From: Pirellulales bacterium
Lineage (GTDB): Bacteria; Planctomycetota; Planctomycetia; Pirellulales; JADZDJ01
Length of the DNA: 64,000 nt
Assembly (NCBI GenBank): GCA_035656635.1
Contig: DASRSD010000110.1
Location: 686-64,685 of the forward strand
Reading direction: 5' to 3'
Below the pieces are notes generated by a model. The model ran no database searches. It was not told the DNA's origin and worked only from the letters and a program-made list of their open reading frames with translations. The position numbers and the translations under genes are program-made. Every line of letters starts with the position of its first letter. Within the stretch, counting starts at the first letter, position 1. This document shows positions 30,732 to 39,441 of the stretch, one piece after another.

Positions 30732-31994
30732 ATGTGCCCCACGCGAATTCAACCCAAACTACTGCCGCTGGAAATCGACCTGTCGGCGGCGTTTTCTTTC
30801 GAGCAGGGCGTGGGCCGAGCTGAATTATTGCAGTTTGGTCCGCAATTGGAACGGGCGCGCCAGGCGTTGCTTGATAATCCGTCTGCCGCTGATAATTCGG
30901 GTTGGAAGCAACCACAGCACATTTTGGCCGATTATCACCGCCAGCGGAAAACCAGCTTGTTGGGGCAAATATTGGCGGTGGCCAAGCAGCTGCGAGAAAC
31001 GGTAGATCGTGTGGTGGTTCTCGGGCCGCCGCGACTGGTCGCTGCGGCAAGCTCGCTATTTACGGCGTGTGGCCATCCGCATCACAACGACCTCTCACGC
31101 GGCCAGCGCGGCGGCAGACCCCGAATTTATTTCGTGCCCGCGCTGCCCGATAATGATGCCCTACAGGCTCTGCTGGAAATACTGCCTCATGGCCGCTTGC
31201 TGCAGACCGTTGATGAGCGCTGGGGAATCGTTGCGCTGGATGAAAATATCGTCAGTCCCGCCCGCGGAGAACAAGATCCAAGGCAACTGCTCGCCGGGCT
31301 GTTCAGTCTGCTGTGGGATCAGCTGCAATCGACCACCACCGCCGCTGGCGAAGTGCAACTTGCCGTGGCGATTGGTCCGCAACAGTCGCCGCTGGTAGCG
31401 CTGGCCGAGCAAATTGGCATGGCGCGAATTGATTTGGCCGAATCAAATTCGGCTGCTCATTTTCAGGCGGGCGTGTTATTCGCCGGCTCGGTGATCGGGC
31501 TGGATGTTGTGAAACTGCTCCACGGCGCACAAGCCATGGCGGAACGATTTGCCACAGCGCCTGTGGGCAATAATCCGCCGCTCGATTTGGCTGGTCTCTG
31601 GCATTTGCTGGCCAAGCGCTTTAGAGATCGGAGCTGCCAAATCGAGCCTGCGACTACGGAATTGGCGCCTTTAGCTCGGCAACTGTCCGGCTCTGAATGC
31701 AGCCATCGTCAGTCTTTACTTCTGATTCAGTGGCTGCCACAAGGTAGCCGTACCGACCGATTATCCGTTAAAATAGCCGCCGGCAGCGGATCGATGGACC
31801 GTCGGAATTGCAAAGAGCAGTTGCTGACCGATTTGGCTGCCGAAAACGCAAAAGCAGTGCGAACTGCGCGAACCGCCAATGGAAAGTTCACCGCGCTGGT
31901 GAAGATTCCGCTGGTCGATGAAGGGGCCGTCGGGCAATTGATTGAAATGCATCATCTGGCTTCTGCCGTGGAACATCTTTTGCTTTTTGCTTAA
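30732..31994 (+). CDS. hypothetical protein, distantly glucose-6-phosphate-isomerase/SIS-like
   Basis: 420 aa from the ATG at 30732. DRVVVLGPPRLVAAASSLF occupies the place of the PGI VVVLGIGGS motif but is degenerate. Confidence 0.4.
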   Translation: MCPTRIQPKLLPLEIDLSAAFSFEQGVGRAELLQFGPQLERARQALLDNPSAADNSGWKQPQHILADYHRQRKTSLLGQILAVAKQLRETVDRVVVLGPPRLVAAASSLFTACGHPHHNDLSRGQRGGRPRIYFVPALPDNDALQALLEILPHGRLLQTVDERWGIVALDENIVSPARGEQDPRQLLAGLFSLLWDQLQSTTTAAGEVQLAVAIGPQQSPLVALAEQIGMARIDLAESNSAAHFQAGVLFAGSVIGLDVVKLLHGAQAMAERFATAPVGNNPPLDLAGLWHLLAKRFRDRSCQIEPATTELAPLARQLSGSECSHRQSLLLIQWLPQGSRTDRLSVKIAAGSGSMDRRNCKEQLLTDLAAENAKAVRTARTANGKFTALVKIPLVDEGAVGQLIEMHHLASAVEHLLLFA

Positions 31995-32198
31995 TCACCC
32001 CCCGGAAAATAAGGATATTTAACTGCTAGCGTATTTTGTGCCGCCCCGTTGGGCTTTTCATGTTTGAGGAGCGCACTTTTCCCAGGCCGACGCTTACGCT
32101 TGGCCTGGGCTGTTTTCGGTTGCCCCGTTGGGGCCCATAGAACAAGCATGCTGGCAATTAAATAAGCTTTAAAGCCGGGCCAAATTTCTCACGACTCA

Positions 32199-32225
32199 CC
32201 CCTCACTCCTTACCCCTCACTCCTT
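32199..32225. repeat. tandem cccctcactcctt x2 immediately upstream of a start codon
   Basis: Two 13-nt units separated by one a, ending 3 nt before the ATG at 32229. Confidence 0.8.
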
Positions 32226-32228
32226 CTC

Positions 32229-32912
32229 ATGTCCATCGAAATTACCTGGTTCGGCCACGCCTGCTTTTCCATCAGCACGGGCAAGCACACGCTGCTGGTC
32301 GATCCGTTTTTGGACGACAACCCTGCTGCGCCGGTCAAAGCGGACAGCGTGCAGGCCGACTTCATCCTGATTACGCACGGCCACTTCGATCACATTGCCG
32401 ATGCGGTCAAAATTGCCAAGCGCACGGGCGCTACCGTCATCAGCAATTTTGAAATTTCGCAGTGGTTAACCAAGCAAGGCCTGAAGAACCCAATCGGTCT
32501 GAATCTTGGGGGTGGGACCACGCTGCCGTTCGGAAAATTGAAAATGACCATTGCCCATCATACTTCCACGCTGCCCGACGGCACGTATGGCGGCAACCCG
32601 GCCGGTTTTTTGCTCACCTTGGACGGCGCGAAAATTTACATTGCCGGCGACACCGCTTTATTCGGCGACATGCAGCTTTACGGCGCTGGCGGGCTCGACG
32701 TGGCAATTCTTCCCATTGGCGATACCTACACCATGGGTCCGGAAGATTCCGTGGAAGCAATTAAACTGCTCCGGCCGAAGCGCGTAATTCCCTGCCACTT
32801 CAACACCTGGCCGCCAATTAAGCAGGACGTGAAAGCGTGGGCCGAACTGGTGCGCTCGCAAACCAAAGCCACTCCCGAAACGCCCGAGCCCGGCGGCAAA
32901 ATTACGGTTTGA
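32229..32912 (+). CDS. metal-dependent hydrolase, MBL fold (UPF0173 family)
   Basis: ITWFGHACF....LLVDPF and LITHGHFDH motifs. 227 aa. Confidence 0.85.
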   Translation: MSIEITWFGHACFSISTGKHTLLVDPFLDDNPAAPVKADSVQADFILITHGHFDHIADAVKIAKRTGATVISNFEISQWLTKQGLKNPIGLNLGGGTTLPFGKLKMTIAHHTSTLPDGTYGGNPAGFLLTLDGAKIYIAGDTALFGDMQLYGAGGLDVAILPIGDTYTMGPEDSVEAIKLLRPKRVIPCHFNTWPPIKQDVKAWAELVRSQTKATPETPEPGGKITV

Positions 32913-32934
32913 ACAGTGCGACCGAATTGATTTT

Positions 32935-33006
32935 ACCACAGACACAGAGGAACGCTGAGGGATTTATATTTGTATTCCCTCTGCGTTCCTCTGTGTCCTC
33001 TGTGGT
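32935..33006. repeat. long inverted repeat of the CCTCTGTGG-type element (hairpin between convergent genes)
   Basis: accacagacacagaggaacgctgaggga ... tccctctgcgttcctctgtgtcctctgtggt. The arms are about 28 nt and the loop about 12 nt. Confidence 0.85.
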
Positions 33007-33329
33007 TAAGTTTTAGGGCGCGGCTCACTGGCCACCTGAATTTCGTCCCCCACCACGCGCACGTCGAAACTGTCGATTTTGATTTTCGGGCTGTCGGCCC
33101 AGGTTCCGTCGCACACTTTGAATCGCCAGGCATGCCAGGGGCAAGTCACCACGCCATCGCACACTTCGCCGGCGCCCAGCGAGGCCCCCATGTGCGGGCA
33201 AGTATCGTCAATGGCCCTGTATTGCCCGCCGGAATTGAACACGGCCACCAATCGCTCCCCCACAGTCACGGTAATCCCCTGCCCTTCGGGAATGGAACCA
33301 ACCTTGGCGACCGTGACAAAATCGGGCAT
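33006..33329 (-). CDS. Rieske [2Fe-2S] protein, NirD-like small subunit
   Basis: CPHMGASL....CPWHAWRF ligands. The start was trimmed to MPDFVTVAKV. Confidence 0.8.
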   Translation of the reverse strand: MPDFVTVAKVGSIPEGQGITVTVGERLVAVFNSGGQYRAIDDTCPHMGASLGAGEVCDGVVTCPWHAWRFKVCDGTWADSPKIKIDSFDVRVVGDEIQVASEPRPKT

Positions 33330-33444
33330 GCAGGCACTCTTCTCCAAAATGAGCAACTTGTTTCCACAATTCTAGGGATTATCTTTTGTTGCGGAACACC
33401 CTTCGGGTTGAATCGCAACCAAAAAATCTGCGATAATCGGTTCC

Positions 33445-35265
33445 ATGCTTAACACCCAACTTAAAGAGTTTGTCACCCGCTTCATTTTGCCGCGGGTAAT
33501 ACAGCCAGCGCAATACGTGGGGGGCGAGCTGAACATGGTTCGCAAAGACCATCGCAGCGTGCGCGGCAAACTGTGCATTGCCTTTCCCGATTTGTACACC
33601 ATCGGCATGAGCCATCACGGCCTGCAAGTGTTGTACACGCAGATGAACAGCCGGGACGATTGGGCCTGCGAACGGGCTTTTACGCCAGCCTTGGACATGG
33701 AGGCGCAGCTCCGCCAGCACGACAAACCGCTGTACAGCCTGGAAACGTTCACGCCGCTGTCGCAGTTCGATGTGCTGGGCTTCACGCTGCAATACGAAAT
33801 CTGCACCAGCAATCTGCTGACGATGCTCGATTTGGGAGGCATTCCGCTGCATAGCACGGAGCGTACGCTAAGCCATCCGTTGGTCATTGCCGGCGGACCC
33901 TGTGCGCAAAATCCGGAGCCGCTGGCGCCCTTTATCGATTTATTCGTCACCGGCGACGGCGAGCCCAGCCTGCCGCTCATTTGCGACGAGTGGCTCAACT
34001 ATAAAGCCGCGACCGCTGCTCGCGCTGATGCAACGATTGATTCTCGCGAATCCGTCCTCGCCCAGCTCGCTGCCAAGTTTCCCTTCGTGTACGTTCCAAG
34101 GTTTTATGAGCCGGAATACTTTGCCAATGGGCGCATCGCCGCCATCAACCGCACCCGCAGCGACGTGCCGGAAACGATCGAGCCCTCGGTCATTAGCGAC
34201 CTGGACGCCATGCCGCTCCCCACGGCTCCCATTTTGCCGTATGTGGAATGCGTGCACGACCGCATCGCCATCGAAATTATGCGCGGCTGCCCGTGGCAGT
34301 GCCGGTTTTGCCAAAGCACGGTCATCAAGCGGCCGCTGCGCATTCGGGAAGTGGAAACCATCGTGCAGGGAGCATTGGAATCGTACTACCGCACGGGCCA
34401 TAACGAAGTTTCGCTCCTCTCGCTTTCGACCAGCGATTATCCCTACTTCGAGCCACTGGTGCGGCGAATGAAAGAAGTGTTTGGCCCCTTGGGTGTGAGC
34501 ATTGCCTTCCCTAGCTTGCGCGTGAACGAGGCGCTGAAAGTCGTGGCTTCGCTCATCGGCACGGAGCGGCATTCCGGCATGACGTTGGCGCCGGAAGTGG
34601 CCCGGGATGACATGCGCGAGCAAATTCGCAAAAAAATCAGCAATCAAGATTTGTTCGACGGTTGCCGCGAGGCGTTCAAAAACGGCATCGACAAAGTCAA
34701 GCTGTACTTCATGTGCGGTTTGCCCGGCGAGCGCGAAGTCGATTTGAACGGCATTGTCGAGATGGCGGAAACCATTGCCGAAATTGGTCGGGAAGTTCGC
34801 GGCCGCTACGCCAAGGTGACGGCCAGCGTGTCGAACTTCGTCCCCAAGCCGCACACGCCGTATCAATGGAACGCCATGCAGCGGCGCGAGTATTTTCATT
34901 GGGCCCATCAGTATCTCAAGCGGCGCGTAAAAATTCGGGCCGTGCAAGTGAAGTGCCATCACGTGGAAACGAGTTTGCTCGAAGGATTATTGAGCCGCGG
35001 CGATCGGCGCGTGGCCCAGGTGGTGGAACTCGCCTGGCAGCGCGGGGCCCGGCTGGATAGTTGGAGCGAGCATTTGAATCCGCAACTGTGGTGGCAAACG
35101 CTGGCCGATTGCGGGCTGAATTTCGACGAGCTTGTTCATCGCCCGGCCGAAATTGGCGACCGCCTGCCGTGGGACCACATCAACGTGAAAAAGGGCCGCA
35201 CCTATCTGGAAAAAGAGCACGACCGCAGCGTGATCCAACTGGCGGCCATGGCGAATGCCGAGTGA
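33445..35265 (+). CDS. B12-binding-domain radical SAM protein (TIGR03960-like)
   Basis: RGCPWQCRFCQ CxxxCxxC cluster motif, an N-terminal ILPRV..PAQYVGGELN, and 606 aa. Confidence 0.88.
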   Translation: MLNTQLKEFVTRFILPRVIQPAQYVGGELNMVRKDHRSVRGKLCIAFPDLYTIGMSHHGLQVLYTQMNSRDDWACERAFTPALDMEAQLRQHDKPLYSLETFTPLSQFDVLGFTLQYEICTSNLLTMLDLGGIPLHSTERTLSHPLVIAGGPCAQNPEPLAPFIDLFVTGDGEPSLPLICDEWLNYKAATAARADATIDSRESVLAQLAAKFPFVYVPRFYEPEYFANGRIAAINRTRSDVPETIEPSVISDLDAMPLPTAPILPYVECVHDRIAIEIMRGCPWQCRFCQSTVIKRPLRIREVETIVQGALESYYRTGHNEVSLLSLSTSDYPYFEPLVRRMKEVFGPLGVSIAFPSLRVNEALKVVASLIGTERHSGMTLAPEVARDDMREQIRKKISNQDLFDGCREAFKNGIDKVKLYFMCGLPGEREVDLNGIVEMAETIAEIGREVRGRYAKVTASVSNFVPKPHTPYQWNAMQRREYFHWAHQYLKRRVKIRAVQVKCHHVETSLLEGLLSRGDRRVAQVVELAWQRGARLDSWSEHLNPQLWWQTLADCGLNFDELVHRPAEIGDRLPWDHINVKKGRTYLEKEHDRSVIQLAAMANAE

Positions 35266-35276
35266 ATCCAATTCTG

Positions 35277-36122
35277 ATGTCGCGCTTCAAACTTCTGGCC
35301 TTGGATATCGACGGCACGTTGGTCAATAGCCGCGATGAACTAACGCCGGCTACCAGCGCCGCCATTCGCAGGGCTTGCGAGGCGGGCATTCGCGTGGTGC
35401 TGGCCACCGGGCGGCGGTATTCTAAAGCGCTGCATTTGGTGGAACCGTTGAAGCTGGATGTGCCGCTGATTTCCGCCAGCGGCGCGATCATTAAAGATCC
35501 GCTCGACCATCGCACGCTGTTTTGCGCCGAGTTTTTGCCCGGCGTGCTGGAAGAGGTATTGTCGATGGTCGCGGCCGCCGGTCACGATGCGGTGCTGTAT
35601 GCCGATACGTTTTCCGAGGGCTTCGATTTTTATTGCCCGCGGCTGGACGTGAACGGCACGAATCAAACTGATTTGGCCGAATACTTCGCTCGCAACGTGG
35701 GTTGCGGCCGCCAGTGGCCGAATTTAATGCGTGCGCCGCCGCCGGGAATTTTCGCCGGGTTTGCCATGGCGGCTCGTCCCACGATGGCAGCATTGGGCCA
35801 GCGGCTGGTTCAAAAATTCGGCGCTGATTTGTACGTTCACATTTTGAAGAGCCCATTTTATACGGGCTGGTTTTGTGAAATTGAGCCTGGAGGCGTGAGC
35901 AAATGGTCGGCCGTGCAGCATTTAGCGCGCGATTGGGGAATTGGCGATGAAGAAATTTGCGCCGTCGGCGATGACGTGAACGATATTCCCATGGTCCGTG
36001 GCGCCGGCTTGGGCGTGGCGATGGGAAACGCCGTGGCCGAGCTAAAAGCCGCTGCCGACCGTGTCGCCCCCTGCCACGACAGCGACGGCCTGGTCGAAGT
36101 GGTCCGCTGGCTGCTGGATTGA
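35277..36122 (+). CDS. Cof-type HAD-IIB phosphatase
   Basis: LLALDIDGTLV motif I and GDDVNDIPM motif IV. The start was trimmed to the ATG at 35277. Confidence 0.88.
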   Translation: MSRFKLLALDIDGTLVNSRDELTPATSAAIRRACEAGIRVVLATGRRYSKALHLVEPLKLDVPLISASGAIIKDPLDHRTLFCAEFLPGVLEEVLSMVAAAGHDAVLYADTFSEGFDFYCPRLDVNGTNQTDLAEYFARNVGCGRQWPNLMRAPPPGIFAGFAMAARPTMAALGQRLVQKFGADLYVHILKSPFYTGWFCEIEPGGVSKWSAVQHLARDWGIGDEEICAVGDDVNDIPMVRGAGLGVAMGNAVAELKAAADRVAPCHDSDGLVEVVRWLLD

Positions 36123-36228
36123 GCGAGCACCAGTCGGGCGTTTACTGCTGGCAGCCTAAGATCACGTATAATTGATTGGCCGGCCAGGCGTTTATCCAAT
36201 GTCCAGCCTGTAACAGAGAACCACTTGC

Positions 36229-36711
36229 ATGATTAAGCCTCTAGTCTATGTCGAAACCACCATTCCAAGTTTCTACTGCGAGACTCGGACTTCGGCAGAT
36301 GTCGTGGCTCGAATGCAATGGACACAACAATGGTGGAAAACGGCTGCCGATCGTTTTGAGCTGTGCTCGAGTGCAGCCGTGTTAGATGAGTTAGGTGGCG
36401 GAGAGCTACCGGAACGCAATGCGCTGCGACTGAACTTGATGAAGCACGTGCCCCTCGTACCCATTACTGATGCCATCGGTGAGATTGTACAAGCTTACTT
36501 GCATCATCATCTGATGCCGACGGACCCTGCTGGCGATGCACTGCATTTGGCGTTAGCGTCGTATCATCGGTGCGATTTTTTGGTTACTTGGAATTGCCGG
36601 CATTTAGCAAACGCAAATAAATTCGGACATATTCGTCGGGTCAATACGATACTCGGTTTGTGGATCCCCGCGATTGTGACACCGCTTGAACTTCTGGAGA
36701 ACGAACCATGA
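36229..36711 (+). CDS. PIN-like domain protein (putative toxin)
   Basis: 160 aa. VYVETTIPSF at the N-terminus and DALHLALASYHRCDFLVTWNCRHL resemble PIN strands 1 and 4, but with E for D and WN for D. Confidence 0.5.
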   Translation: MIKPLVYVETTIPSFYCETRTSADVVARMQWTQQWWKTAADRFELCSSAAVLDELGGGELPERNALRLNLMKHVPLVPITDAIGEIVQAYLHHHLMPTDPAGDALHLALASYHRCDFLVTWNCRHLANANKFGHIRRVNTILGLWIPAIVTPLELLENEP

Positions 36712-36884
36712 AAGACGATCCGGTCATTGACGAAATTCGAGAAGTGCGACGAAGAATATCCGCGCAATTCGATCATGATCCGGCTCGATTGGTAGCCTAC
36801 TATCAACAGCTACAAGAGCAACATCGAGATCGGCTAATGAAAACGGACCCCACATCGGACAGACCTCCAGCCATAGTGCAATAA
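36708..36884 (+). CDS. 58-aa partner protein (putative antitoxin), not in the ORF track
   Basis: The ATG at 36708 overlaps the upstream stop (ATGA). Translation: MKDDPVIDEIREVRRRISAQFDHDPARLVAYYQQLQEQHRDRLMKTDPTSDRPPAIVQ*. Confidence 0.45.
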   Translation: MKDDPVIDEIREVRRRISAQFDHDPARLVAYYQQLQEQHRDRLMKTDPTSDRPPAIVQ

Positions 36885-36893
36885 ATCGGCTCA

Positions 36894-36965
36894 GCTGCCG
36901 ACCGTGTGGCCCCCTGCCACGACAGCGACGGATTGGTGGAAGTGGTAAGTTGGCTGCTGGATTGA
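36894..36965 (+). repeat. orphan copy of the last 23 codons plus stop of the Cof hydrolase gene
   Basis: Encodes AADRVAPCHDSDGLVEVVSWLLD*, against ...VVRWLLD* in the live gene. There are 7 nt differences, and 5 of the 6 changed codons are synonymous. Confidence 0.9.
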
Positions 36966-37000
36966 TGATTCAGGCGATTTGATAGGGTCGCGCACTGCGG

Positions 37001-37165
37001 CTAGCCATTGGGCTTAAACCAAGAGATGGCCAGCAAGACTAATCCGGCAAGTCCGAGCAGCACGCCAATCAGCGAAAGAGCATCGGAATTCCGCGGCGCG
37101 ACCGTTCCGGCAATTAAAAGCTGTGCACCGGCCAAAACCAAGATGGAAGCCGCGATTGCTTTCAT
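37001..37165 (-). CDS. possible 54-aa two-helix membrane peptide (not in the ORF track)
   Basis: MKAIAASILVLAGAQLLIAGTVAPRNSDALSLIGVLLGLAGLVLLAISWFKPNG*. The only evidence is the hydrophobic pattern and the intact ORF. Confidence 0.3.
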   Translation of the reverse strand: MKAIAASILVLAGAQLLIAGTVAPRNSDALSLIGVLLGLAGLVLLAISWFKPNG

Positions 37166-37423
37166 TTGTAGCCCCAAGTGTTTGTGTTAGGTGATGTACA
37201 GTTGAAGGAACATTTTTCGCAGTCGACCCATACCTCCAGAGCTTTGCAATCTGTTGTATGGATGCTTGACAAGAAGTCGTTCCTATTGTAGCGGCCGAGG
37301 AAGGGACCAAACACTGAAATTTACTAACCGAATACTAACTTTCACCTCGTATATTTGCCAAACGGTATTCTTCCAAAATTGCCAAATCAATCATTTGTTT
37401 CTTTCTGCGAGGATTTCGTCCCC

Positions 37424-38230
37424 ATGCTTCACCAAAGCCGCACGTCTGGCATAACTTTCCACTTGCGTTTGTTGGCGGTGCTGTTCGTCGTGGCAGCGGC
37501 ATCCCCCAGTTTTGCCCAAGACCATTACCTTCCTGCGGGCAAGCCCGATGTGCTGACGCTGTTGCCGCCGCCGCCGGCTGCCGATTCGCCGGAGCAGGCT
37601 GCCGACCTGGCGGAAACCGTCGCCGCCCATAAAACTATCACGGCGGAAGAAAAAGCTAAAGCCGAGGCCGAAGAAAAGAAATTCAGCGTGGCCAGTTTTG
37701 CGTCGACCATTGGCCCGGCATTTCAGCTCAACAAGCTTCCGAAAACGGCAGCTTTTTTTGAACACGTGCAAAAAGAGACCGAGGAAGTAATCGACGTGGG
37801 CAAAAATCATTGGCAGCGGCCGCGGCCGTATCAAGTCGATCCGACCGATTTGCATCACGGCGAAAAAAATCCGAGTTTCGGCTATCCTAGCGGACATTCC
37901 ACGCAAGCCACGGTGCTGGCGGCGCTGCTGGCCGAAGCAATTCCCGATAAACGCGACGCCATTTTGGCCGAAGGCCGCCAAGTGGGCTGGGATCGCGTGA
38001 TGTTGGGACGCCATTACGAAACCGATATTTACGCCGGCCGGGTATTGGGCCAAGCGATTGTCCGCCAATTGCACGAAAGCCCCGCCTTCGAGCACGATTT
38101 TGCCGAAGTGAAAGCGGAGGTTGCGAAGAACTTGGCGATAGCGGCCACAACCACCTCGGCGATGCCGCCGCATGCTGCCATGACAATGCCCTCCGGCTCG
38201 CCAACCGTGCCACTAACACCTGCCCAATGA
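37424..38230 (+). CDS. PAP2-family (class A-like) acid phosphatase, secreted
   Basis: Signal peptide ending SFAQD. Motifs KNHWQRPRP, YPSGHS and GRHYETDIYAG match the K-x6-RP / PSGH / R-x5-H-x3-D signature. Confidence 0.8.
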   Translation: MLHQSRTSGITFHLRLLAVLFVVAAASPSFAQDHYLPAGKPDVLTLLPPPPAADSPEQAADLAETVAAHKTITAEEKAKAEAEEKKFSVASFASTIGPAFQLNKLPKTAAFFEHVQKETEEVIDVGKNHWQRPRPYQVDPTDLHHGEKNPSFGYPSGHSTQATVLAALLAEAIPDKRDAILAEGRQVGWDRVMLGRHYETDIYAGRVLGQAIVRQLHESPAFEHDFAEVKAEVAKNLAIAATTTSAMPPHAAMTMPSGSPTVPLTPAQ

Positions 38231-38751
38231 AATTCATTTCCGAAATCGAAACTCCGCGCTTACTTGGGAGGCAAATGCTGCCGGACGATTTTGGCAACAT
38301 GTGCCAGATGAATCGGAATCCGCAGGTCATGGCAACTCTTGGCGGCCCTCGCACCGACGAGGAAACTCGAGTGTTGTTTCAGGCCAACCTGGATCACTTC
38401 GAACGACACGGTTATGGCCTGTGGATACTTTTTTCCAAGCCATCCAGCGTTGTCGGCGAATCATTATTCGTCGGTCGGTGTGGTCTGAGGAACGTATTTG
38501 TCGGCGGCCATGACGAAGTAGAAGTGGGCTACGCCCTGCTCCCGCAATTCTGGAACCAAGGTCTGGCCACGGAAATTGCTCAGGCGAGCGTGAATGTCGC
38601 TTTTAACGATCTGCACCTGCCGGAGCTTGTATCATTCACCTTGCCGACCAATTTGGCCTCGCAGCGTGTGATGGAAAAATGCGGCTTCGTTTTCGAGCGC
38701 AACATCATCTGGCATGACCTGCCCCATGTGTTTTACCGGTTGAAACACTAA
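38227..38751 (+). CDS. GNAT family N-acetyltransferase (RimJ/RimL-like)
   Basis: 174 aa. WNQGLATE in the acetyl-CoA loop position and a C-terminal SQRVMEKCGF motif. The start overlaps the upstream stop. Confidence 0.82.
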   Translation: MKFISEIETPRLLGRQMLPDDFGNMCQMNRNPQVMATLGGPRTDEETRVLFQANLDHFERHGYGLWILFSKPSSVVGESLFVGRCGLRNVFVGGHDEVEVGYALLPQFWNQGLATEIAQASVNVAFNDLHLPELVSFTLPTNLASQRVMEKCGFVFERNIIWHDLPHVFYRLKH

Positions 38752-38814
38752 GCATATATGGTCGGCGACAGAAACCGTCGCCTCCTACAATGATTTTCAG
38801 CCGCACGCTAAGAT

Positions 38815-39147
38815 GTGGGTATGATCAACACTGATGGCTCTCCAAAAATCACGATTGCCGAATTTCAAAAACTGATCCGCGACATGTACCTGGAAAAGGA
38901 CGTGGCTCGCGGAATCGACGGCACCTTCATGTGGCTGATGGAAGAGGTGGGCGAGCTGGCTTCCGCTTTGCGAAACGGCACCCACGAGGAGCGATTGGGC
39001 GAATTCGCCGACGTGTTGGCCTGGCTGGCCACCATTGCCAACGTGGCGGGCGTCGATTTAACGGAGGCCATCGCCAAAAAATACGGCTCCGGCTGCCCCG
39101 GCTGCGGCCAGTTCATTTGCACCTGCGCCGATGCGGAAAAGCCGTAA
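38815..39147 (+). CDS. MazG-like nucleotide pyrophosphohydrolase domain protein with C-terminal Cys cluster
   Basis: EEVGELASAL....EFADVLAWL EExxE/ExxD helices. The tail is GCPGCGQFICTC. Confidence 0.78.
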   Translation: MGMINTDGSPKITIAEFQKLIRDMYLEKDVARGIDGTFMWLMEEVGELASALRNGTHEERLGEFADVLAWLATIANVAGVDLTEAIAKKYGSGCPGCGQFICTCADAEKP

Positions 39148-39218
39148 GTATACTTCTCACCACGGAGGCTGGTTTCTTGGCTTCCTAAGAGGCTGTTTCA
39201 AAACTGGACTTCCTTCAA

Positions 39219-39296
39219 GGGTGGCTGGGGTCGAGTGCCGCCGAGCCCCCAGTGAATAGGCTGCTGGGGGCTCCCTTCGGTCGACCCCAGCCACCC
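39219..39296. repeat. GC-rich nested palindromic element, copy 3, embedded in a larger inverted repeat (39190-39320)
   Basis: gggtggctggggtcgagtgccgccgagccccc...gggggctcccttcggtcgaccccagccaccc. The outer arms are ggctgtttcaaaact / agttttgaaacagcc. Confidence 0.9.
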
Positions 39297-39343
39297 GATT
39301 CCTAGTTTTGAAACAGCCTGTTATAAGTATTTATCGTTCCCCT

Positions 39344-39417
39344 CTGCGCACCTCCGCGTCCTCTGTGGTTTAAAAATTCGATAGTCAGCTGCTCTGCGCC
39401 TCCGTGTCTCCGTGGTG
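39344..39417. repeat. two direct half-copies of the CCTCTG...TGTGG element
   Basis: ccctctgcgcacctccgcgtcctctgtggtt and gctctgcgcctccgtgtctccgtggtg. The inverse partner accacggagg lies at about 39156. Confidence 0.7.
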
Positions 39418-39441
39418 AAAATCCGACGCGATGAAAATCCG

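Larger units (their letters stand above)
36123..36893 (+). mobile_element. 771-bp cassette carrying only a PIN-like/small-protein pair, bracketed by two copies of the Cof gene 3' end
   Basis: Direct repeats at 36051-36122 and 36894-36965 match at 65/72. GC content is lower than the flanks. No recombinase gene. Confidence 0.55.

Noticed and set aside
37008-37310. Tracked ORFs at 37008-37190 (+) and 37014-37310 (-) downstream of the orphan Cof repeat.
   Set aside because: Their translations look non-protein-like. A shorter 54-aa hydrophobic ORF in another minus frame fits better and is listed at low confidence.
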